A DNA stretch of 64,000 nucleotides from Sphaerodactylus townsendi (lineage: Eukaryota), in contig NC_059428.1 in the NCBI RefSeq assembly GCF_021028975.2, positions 147,498,001-147,562,000 of the forward strand. Direction: 5' to 3'. Position numbers and translations under genes: made by a program. The notes under the pieces were generated by a model that was given only the letters and a program-made list of their open reading frames with translations, was not told the origin of the DNA and searched no databases. Within the stretch, counting starts at the first letter, position 1. Every line of letters begins with the position of its first letter. Positions 54,959 through 64,000 of the stretch are shown here, one piece after another.

Positions 54959-57599
54959 ATCTAAACAAATAAGTCAACTGTGACTAGCTGGCAAAACAGG
55001 GGTTGACCATTCCAGATGTGCAGCTGGACCGGGGGGGGGGGAGTGGAGTTTCAGGAGGGGAAGGAACCCAATGTAGATTTAGTGATATAGAGTTCCCCCT
55101 AGGTTGCTGCCATTTCTCCAGGCAAAATTTCCCCGTATCCCGAAATTTCTCTGAAGCCTGGATTTTATCTGCAGCCCGAATATGTCTCCATAGCCCGTAG
55201 AGCAGTTGCGATTCCCACCTGGCAGCTGGCAGCCCGAAACTCTGAGAATCAATTCTATTTCCCAAAAACACAATCCTGGATTAAAACAAAGCACGTCCCA
55301 CCGGCTCCTTAACCCCCACCTGCTACCTTTTCCCCGAAAAAAACGCAAGAACCTATTCTGGTTCGACTCCACGGCGCCAGTCCAGACGAGAGCTGTCCAG
55401 TTTGCTTGTTGATGTTCCTTGCAAACTGGTTCAGCCTCGGTCCTTCCTTTACTCTCAAGATAATTAAAAGCACCCTTGGATAAACAAAACAAGAGAGAAA
55501 AAGATCCCCTCAGGGCAAAGCTGTCTTGCTAATTAAAGAGGGACCAGTTTGTAGCAATCACCCTAATAAAAAAAGGACCAGGCCGAAGCTGGCTAGCTCT
55601 AACAGGCTTGCCAATTAACCTAGATTTACATGCCTTTCCCTTCTCGAAGCGAGCGTCTGCCAGTTATGCAATCACTCCCAACTATTGGCCAATAGGTTGG
55701 ATGAAGGAAAACATCAGATTAGATGTGATTTCAAACGTCTCGTTCCTGTTATTTCAGCCCAGAAATACTTGTTTGGGATGGAACGCCTCCCCTTGCGCAA
55801 TTCAAGGCCAGGAATCATTATTTCAGCCGTGTGTTTCTTCCTCCTGTTTAATTCTTTTCCTCTATAAAAGTGGACCCATCTATTTTTTAAAATGTCACTT
55901 GTGAGTCAGAAAATCAACATGATACACATATTGAAGGAGAACTGTTGTACCGGGTTGGAGAGACGGTGTGCAAATTGCGTATCAACCCACACATTGGGTC
56001 TATGAAACACTCAAAACTGTACAAGGCCAANNNNNNNNNNNNNNNNNNNNNNNNNNNNNNNNNNNNNNNNNNNNNNNNNNNNNNNNNNNNNNNNNNNNNN
56101 NNNNNNNNNNNNNNNNNNNNNNNNNNNNNNNNNNNNNNNNNNNNNNNNNNNNNNNNNNNNNNNNNNNNNNNNNNNNNNNNNNNNNNNNNNNNNNNNNNNN
56201 TAGTCCCAGTTCTTCGGAGCTCTCTCAGCCCCACCTACCTCACAGGGTGTTTGTTGTGAGGGGGGAAGGGAAAGGAGTTTGTAAGCCCCTTTGAGTTTCC
56301 TACAGGAGAGAAAGGGGGGGATATAAATATAACTCTTCTTCTTCTTCTCCTCCTCCTCCTCCTCCTTCATCATCATAACCTATCTATGATAGATAAGGAG
56401 AGCCAGAGGGGTGTAACTGGTTAAGCAGTCGAATTAGGATCTGGGAAATTCAGGTTTGAATCCCGACTGTTGCCGTGGAAGCCTGCTGAGGAACATTGGG
56501 CCAGTCACGCGCTCTCAGCCCCGATCCTGGCTAGTATTTGGATGGGAGGCCTCCCAGGAACACCAAGGGAAAAACAAGGAGGCAGGCAATGGCGAAACCC
56601 CTCTAAAACCAATCCATCTTTATTATGGTCCTAGACCAGCACAGACCAGCATAACGTGTTTTAAAATTGTAAACTTATATCTAAAAGAATCTACTGACCA
56701 TAAGAAATTGGAAACATTAGAAGACGGAGACAAAAACAATGGGATGCAAGCATATGTATGAAAAGGGGACGTCGGCTTGCAAAAAACCCCAAACTAGGGC
56801 TCTTTCCGCACATGCAGAATAATGCACTTTCAAACTGCTTTCAGTGCTCTTTGAAGCTGTGCGGAATAGCAAAATCCACTTGCAAACAGTTGTGAAAGTG
56901 GTTTGAAAACCCATTATTTTGCATGTGCGGAAGGGGCCTATAAAAGGGGGAAATAGCCCTGCTGTACTGGGTGGCTGTAAATCAGCTGTGATTCTGCTTT
57001 AACTATCTTTTCCTCTCTTTTTTTTTGCTTCAAATGACAGCTGATTTATGACCACCCAGTACAGCAGGGCTATTTCCCCCTTTTATAGTTTTGGTTTCTT
57101 GAAAGCCATCGTTTTCGTACCTATGCTTGTATCCTATTGTTTCGGTCTCCATCTTTTCAGGTTTCCCATTACTTAAGCTTTGCAACAATATTGTTGTTTC
57201 CGGAGAAGTGCGCTTATCTCTCCAATCTGATTCCTGGCAGGTATGGTGACCTAAGGCCATTTCCCCTTTTTAGAGTTGTCGAGAACATAGCGATATAAAT
57301 TAGCCAGGCATGCAAAGGAACCGGCCCGGCACAAATTCTCGGAACTGGATTTGCTGACCTTTGCCCCCCTTCTGAACTTGCTCTGCCGAACAGCATTGGC
57401 GCAAAATGCTAATTAGACCCACTGACTATTTGCCGTGTGGTTCTCGGACTCTGTCAGGTCAAGAAAGCCGGCCAGATGTTTACCACACGAGTTTCTAGGG
57501 ACGGGATAGAGAGTGGAGAAGGGAGAAAGGCAGAGCTTCAGACTTTGGGGATCTCCATTGTTGGAGCCCCTGGGTGCCATGGTGTCCGATGGGAAGTGT

Positions 57600-58230
57600 G
57601 TGGGCCCACTGTAAGGCAGAGTTTCTTATTGGCTGTCCTCATTCAATGTTGGTCAAAGGTCTGGAGTCCATGCCCTACGACAGTGGTGGCGAACCTTTGG
57701 CACTCCAGATGTTATGGACTACAGTTCCCATCAGCCCCTGCCAGCATGGCCAGTTGGCCATGCTGGCAGGGGCTGTTGGGAACTGTAGTCCATAACATCT
57801 GGAGTGCCAAAGGTTCGCCACCACGGCCCTACGAAGAGAGGGAGTTGGGGATGTTTAGTTTGGTGAAGCAAAAGGTGAAGAGGTGACATGATAGCCATGT
57901 TTAGATCTTGGAAGGGATGTCATGTTGGTGAGGGAGCAAGCTTGTTTTCTGCAGCTCCAGAGACCAGGACCAGAGGAGTCGTGGGTTCAAGGTGAAGGAA
58001 AAGAGATTCCACCTAAACATCAGGAAGAACTTCCTGACCATCAGGGCTGTTCGACAGTGGAATGCACCGCCTCGGAGGGTGGTGGAGTCTCCTCCTTTGG
58101 TGGTTTTTAAAGAGAGACTGGATGGCTGGGTGGCCATCTGTCAGGAGTGCTTTGATTGTGTGTTCCTGCATGACAGCGGGTTGGACTGGATGGCCCTTGG
58201 GGGTCTCTTCCAACTCTATGATTTTATGAC
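57600..58230 (+). mobile_element. CR1 LINE 3' fragment with nested MITE
   Basis: RFHLNIRKNFLTIRAVRQWN; related fragments at ~16990-17232(+), 28555-28900(-), 29345-29430(-), 31410-31835(-). Confidence 0.8.
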
Positions 58231-60600
58231 CCTTCCCCAAACTTAGCAGCATGAAGGTGTGGGGAATTTATAGTGGTTCTCCAGATTAGAGCCCACCGAT
58301 CTTGAACTCTTCTGCACCATGCTGCCACTTTTGTTTAACCGTTCTCCGATTCTAACAGGCATGCTCCAATCTTGTCTTTGAGCCTTGCATTTTATTTTCC
58401 CTGGGATTTTTTTTTTAATAAATTCGTGTGCAGGGCTCGTCTTGAGAAACAAAAGGCAGGATACGCAACCCTCTACGACAAATGCATATTACAAGATACA
58501 GTCTCTTCTAGCGGTGTGTGGGTGGGTGGGTGGGTGGGTTTATGGCACGTCCACTTTCCTTTGTGGTTTTTTCTGGAGAGAATAGAACGAGGCAAGCAAC
58601 TGTCTAAAATAAAACAAAAAAAGAGAGCACAATTTGCCAATCTCTTGCCATTCACCTCCCATCGGCCACCAGCTGTTACCCTTATCAGCGTTTATATGTT
58701 TGCAACCCTGAAAAAAGAGACCAAACATTGATTGCCGGTGACCCGGCATTGTGAAGATTGCAGTCGGAGGTGAGGGAAGGGAAAGAACAGAACATGAAGT
58801 GAACGGGGGGGGGGGCAGGAGAAAGGCCAAGATTAAATGTTTTGCCAGATAATAATATATTAAGCGTTGGGTAAATTTGCTTTGCGCTCCGGAGCGATTA
58901 CAGCAAACGAAGGCCTGGGCGTTCCCCCTTTAGTCTCCACCATGCTGTGTGCAATACCCTGGAAAGGTTGCATTTCTCCGCTGCCTTTCTTTATTAAAGC
59001 ATTTGTCCTACCCTGTATTTCGGAAGCGTTTTGGGAGCAGTCCATTTCCGGAATTTCGCGCCTGGATCCAGCTCGCTGAGCCCAGTTTGCGTCGAATGGC
59101 ATCTCATAAGGGAGAAGAGTTTACTGTCAAAAATGTTAGGGGCATGAAAGTTCATTGTTTAGGGCCCTTCCGCACATGCAGAATTAATGCATTTTCAATC
59201 CACTTTCACAATAGCTTGCAAGGGGATTATGCCATTCCGCACAGCAAAATCCAGTTGCAAAGTGCATTGAAAGTGGATTGAAGGTGCATTATTCTGCATG
59301 TGCGGAAGGGGTATTGTTTGACTACACGGAAAAAGCAATCTTGATGTGCTTATAACTTATAAATATGTTGGCATCTGCTTTACTTTTGTGTAGACTTTCT
59401 CCAATGCATGGTCGAGAGCTACAGAATAATAGCATGATCTCCTGCCCTGATGAATGAGGCCTTCTGAATTCTACGCTTTCAATTTAAAAAAAAAAAAAAG
59501 CATGTCTCTGGCTCCTTTCATTGTGGAGTTATAAGGGGAAAGGTGCATTCCTTATGTCTCAGATGTGGGAATACTTAGACTTTGAAAAACTCTTCTTCTG
59601 AACTCTTCTTCTTCTAAAGGTCGCCCGGCAAGCTTCCGTGGCAGAGTGGCAAAGTCCAAATGGTTCAAAGTACAAAGCAGCCATAACCCAGAGGATGGCA
59701 ACCCTAAAAATCGGAAGGAAAGACAGAAGGAGCAGCCCCTGGTATTCCTTGGTCTGACCTTCCTCTGCCAGAATCCTGGATCTTCATGCCTGTCCTTCCA
59801 CTTTCTTTTCCTCCTCCGCATCCAACGTCATTTCCCACAATTTGTCCTTCCAAAGTATTTATTTGCCTTCAACTCACACCCGGCTCAGTTCTGTAACAGG
59901 ACAAGCCGTTCCCGAAAGTCACCCTGACTCTGCAAAGAATACCTCTCTCTTCCCTCATCAGGATTCACATCAGCTCAGCCAAAACACTGCGTGAGTCGGA
60001 TAAGCTCCGAGTGAATAATCTCTCGGACAGCCCGAAAAAGCACAGGGGTCTGACCGGATGGTCCATCCCACCAAACGCCAGACCAAAGGAATCACCCCAA
60101 GCAGTTGCAAGCAATTACCCCGATCCAGGACTTGAAGAGCATCCCCCATGGGTGAGCAGGCTCCCAAGTCGAGGTTAGAGAGGTCCACGGGTTACAGCTA
60201 ATCTCCATGAAACAGGTCAGTTCTTCTGGAGAAAATGACCGCTCTGGAAGGTGAACTCTACGGCATTTTGCCCTCCCCAAATCCTGCCCTTCTGGGCTTT
60301 TCTCCCAAATCTCCAGGTATTTTCCAAGCAGGCATGGTCATTCTTACACTGCCTTGAAAATGCAGTCAAATCTACATCAAAAACAGATGCCCCACAACGC
60401 ATATTTTATAACATTATCTGACCGTTTCTACCCACCGCACAACCTAGACACTGAAAACAAGTGTGTCAAAGAGAAGGCCGTGATTACTTGAACCATTCTG
60501 CCTGAGTTGCTAGCTTTCTCCATGCAGGGATTTTATTTTTAAGATGCATGATCTCCCACCTGCCATTTGAAAGAGCAGAGGGAGAGATCGGGGGCAGGGG

Positions 60601-60968
60601 CAGAGGTGGGATCCAGCAGGTTCTCACAGGTTCCCGAGAGTAGGTTACTAATTATTTGTGTGTGCCGAGAGGGGGTTACTAATTGGTGATTTTGCCACAT
60701 GATTTTTGCCTTAGTTACGCCCCTCCTCTGCTCCTCACCAGTAGCATGCAGAACTTGAAGCAGTCTAGCAGGAGGTGCACTGGCGTGTGTGGCAGCCTGC
60801 GCCTGCATGCATTTGTTTCCTTGCCACAGCCCTGCCCAGCAATGCCCCGCCCCCAGAATGCCCGGCCACGCACCCGTCATGCCCCGCCCAGCCCCATTGG
60901 CGCTACGCCACTGTTTGAATCCCACCACCATGGGAACCTGTTACTGAAATTTTTGGATCCCACCCCTG
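60601..60968. mobile_element. Non-autonomous hAT transposon
   Basis: 15-bp TIR CAG(A/G)GGTGGGATCCA; perfect 8-bp TSD GGCAGGGG on both sides. Confidence 0.85.
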
Positions 60969-62067
60969 GGCAGGGGGCTTTACATATTAACCCTGTATTT
61001 CTGAAGCTTGAGCTGTGGAGGTTTATCTGGGGAACCAGATTAGTTTATGCACTCCAACGCATGCCAGCTGGGTGATCTTGGGCTAGTCACAGTTCTTCTG
61101 AGCTCTCTCAGCCCCACCCACCTCACAGGGTGTTTGTTGTGGGGGGGGGGGGTGGAAAGGAGTTTGTTAGCCTTACAGGAGAGGAAGGGGGAATATAAAT
61201 CCAACTCTTCTGCTTCTTCAGAGCTTGGGTTACTGTTTCTTGAAATGAAAAATTCATTACAGTGAGGACATCTTTTCCTGGGTGAGAAAGACAGGGGATA
61301 TTTGCCACCTGTGGGTTTTAAGGTACAAAATAATTAACGACATTTCAAAATATGCCGGCTGTTTAGCAGTGCGGTCCTTTGCAAAGTCAAGCCAGCCAAA
61401 ATCCATTGAAAGCATTGTGCTTAAATGGGAGAATCTCCGCAAAGAGTTGCAGCGTGAATCTGTCAAAAAGTTGTTAATGGGTTCATCGGATCCAACCCTG
61501 CAAAAGGGCTGGGGCGGACGGACTTTATTCTGATCCTCCAAGTGGCACCTTTCCTTGCCTTTTCTCTGCTGTTCCCGTGATGCAATCGCCTCCTCTGTTA
61601 CCTTTGATTGCCCCAATATTTGTGAACTGTTATCAGGGGGTGAGGTAATCCAACGGTCTTGCGATTAATGCTTAACTCGCTGTTAATATCACACTATTAA
61701 AGTTTTTTGGGTAACCTGCATGACCTGATTCCAGAGGGCTTCGAGCTGTGTGGGGAGAGATGGGGACCACAACATCTGCTAGTTCCCATTTTTCTCACCT
61801 TTCTTTAGGCAGTACATCGAACGTCTGTCCACACTTAAAGTAGTAGCTGAAGCCGCAGTTATTAGGACTGGTTTCAAAACTGCTAATTCTTCTGCTAAGT
61901 GCTCCATCCTGTGTTTTTGGAGAAACCCATCAAAGGACTTTCTTTTATATTTTTTTTTCAATTTTAAAAAAAGTTTTCCATAATAATACAATATGAAAAA
62001 GAAACAAGGAGACAATAAGCTAGAATGATAAAAGCGGATCTTTTCTAACACAGCTGTGAACATCTAA

Positions 62068-62219
62068 GGCCCCTTCCGCACATGCAGAATAATGCACTTT
62101 CAATCCACTTTCAATGCACTTTGCAGCTGGATTTTACTGTGCGGAATTGCAAAACCCACTTGCAAACATTTGTGAAAGTGGATTGAAAATGCATTAATTC
62201 TGCCTGTGCGGAAGGGGCC
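62068..62219. mobile_element. PIF/Harbinger-like MITE
   Basis: TAA|GGCCCCTTCCGCACA...TGTGCGGAAGGGGCC|TTA. Confidence 0.75.
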
Positions 62220-64000
62220 TTAGATGTTCACAGCTGCGTTAGAAAAGATCCGCTTTTATCATTCTAGCTTATTGTCTCCTTGTTTCTTTTGTGCGGAAGA
62301 AGCCTTAATTAAACAGCAAATGTAAACAGCAAGAAACTTCTAATAATCAAATACATCAACACAGAACAGGCACGATATTTCTGATCACTTTTCTCACAAG
62401 CTGTTTGTCATTCTAGCAAAGTTCCGGTCTTGTTTTTGAGCATAATATGAAAGGTGCATCTTCCATCGCTCTTGAAATTGGATACTTTCAAGTGCTTAAT
62501 AATTGTTTGCGGTCTATTCCCACAAGGCAGAGTTCACAAGGGATGATAGGGACCACATATCTTACGTGGGTTCTCTGTCACGACTGCACGTTATTTGTGT
62601 GGTAGACATGCCGTTCCCACTATGGACGAACCATGACGTATGGTATGGGGCAACCATTACGGCTGAAAGGGAATTATTCCAAGGAAGGGACTATTTGGCA
62701 CATTGCAGCACAGATGGGACACAAATAATGCTTATGTAGCACTTTGCCCCGGCCAGGATCTTGCATGGGAGCAGTATGGCAGGGAACAATGGAGAACACA
62801 CAATTAGTAAAGTAAAAACTTTGTTAATTAACCTCCACAGGGAACTGGGGTTACCCATTCACCAAGGGTGCCGGTTAGCCAAGATTTAACTTCGAAACAA
62901 TATTTCCAGGAATTTTGGCATCTAAAGCAGGACTGCTGGCTTCATCAGTTCTCTGCCAGCATGGCCAATTGGCCATGCTGGCAGGGGCTGATGGGAATTG
63001 TAGTCCATAACATCTGGAGTGCCAAAGGTTCACCACCACTGGCCTAGGCCCTTTCTGCACATGCAGAATAATGCACCTTCAATCCACTTTCACAACTGTT
63101 TGCAAGTGGATTTTGCTATTCTGCACAGTTAAATCCAGCTGCAAAGTGGATTGAAAGTGGATTGAAAGTGCATTATTCTGCATGAGTGGAAGGGGCCTAT
63201 TTCGGGGCCAAGGGATTGCGCCAACCTTAAACTAATGAACACAAAAGCCGATTTTTTTCAAAAGCGTTTGGACATTCTTGTTCACAGCAGGGCCAAAATG
63301 TTGCCTTTGGAGGAGGCCGGGGGGAAATCAATCGGCCGCCTCATCCTTTTTATTTTCGCAAAGCCTCCTTCATGAAAGATCCCCAGCTCTTGCGCCCTCT
63401 CCACCCCTGCCGTGTGGCACCCGTCCACGTGGCGTTCGTTTCCACGCCGCCAATTCTCCCTTATCGATTCTGCGGGCTTTGTAAACGCCGAGAGAAAAAA
63501 ATAGCTCCGCTGTTCCCGTATTCAAGATTGCCGAGCCGGCCGGAGATGAGAAATTGCAGGAACGCAGTCAAAGCAGGTCTCCGAAGAAATCAACATCGCA
63601 CATAAAAGCCAGCGGCGTGTTTTTGTTTTCAAGCTTTTGTGGGTAAACACTCACCTTTCCGCCATGGCGCCCACGGCTTTGTCTACATTTTCAAAAAGGT
63701 TTCTTTTTTGGGAGGAGGGGAATTTTCCAGCATGTGAATTGCGGGGAACGTTTTTACCATTTCTGTTGACCTCTTTTTTTAGGGTCGGTATATTTATCAG
63801 GCTCTTGATCGAAGCAAAAAACAGGAATAGGGTGTTTCAGTGGTGTTAGAAAAGACTATGTCAAGAGCTGTGAAGGTCTAGGTGAGCAGCAGTGGCGTAG
63901 GAGGTTAAGAGCTCGTGCATCTAATCTGGAGGAACCGGGTTTGATTCCCAGCTCTGCCGCCTGAGCTGTGGAGGCTTCTCTGGGGAATTCAGATTAGCCT

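Noticed and set aside
42051-64000. MED9 or RASD1, expected next by synteny
   Set aside because: No recognisable exons in the window

Overview
Vertebrate (squamate, probably gecko, judging from the SINE/MITE/CR1 repertoire) genomic DNA orthologous to the human 17p11.2 block. Genes: an AT-rich 3' UTR-like tract at 1-~3450 (probably MPRIP, by synteny only); PLD6 (-, 2 coding exons, 230 aa); FLCN (-, 11 coding exons plus a non-coding first exon, 582 aa); COPS3 (-, 12 exons, 423 aa); and NT5M (+, 5 exons, 231 aa), head-to-head with COPS3 across a CpG island. All coding exons have GT-AG ends and sum to intact frames. The last ~22 kb has no gene I can support. Most notable: (1) a ~2 kb duplicate of the FLCN last exon plus 3' UTR sits right behind the PLD6 stop, with a 90-nt core identical to FLCN; (2) the PLD6 promoter is a 4x tandem NRF1+MYB+CCAAT module; (3) FLCN and COPS3 each open intron 1 with a sense, ~150-bp-period tandem array of Pol III promoter-derived SINE heads (5S type and tRNA type respectively); (4) Penelope-type hammerhead ribozyme cores, a SPIN/URR1-like MITE pair and MITE-associated fold-backs. 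Three assembly gaps. Repeat family names come from recognition, not database searches.
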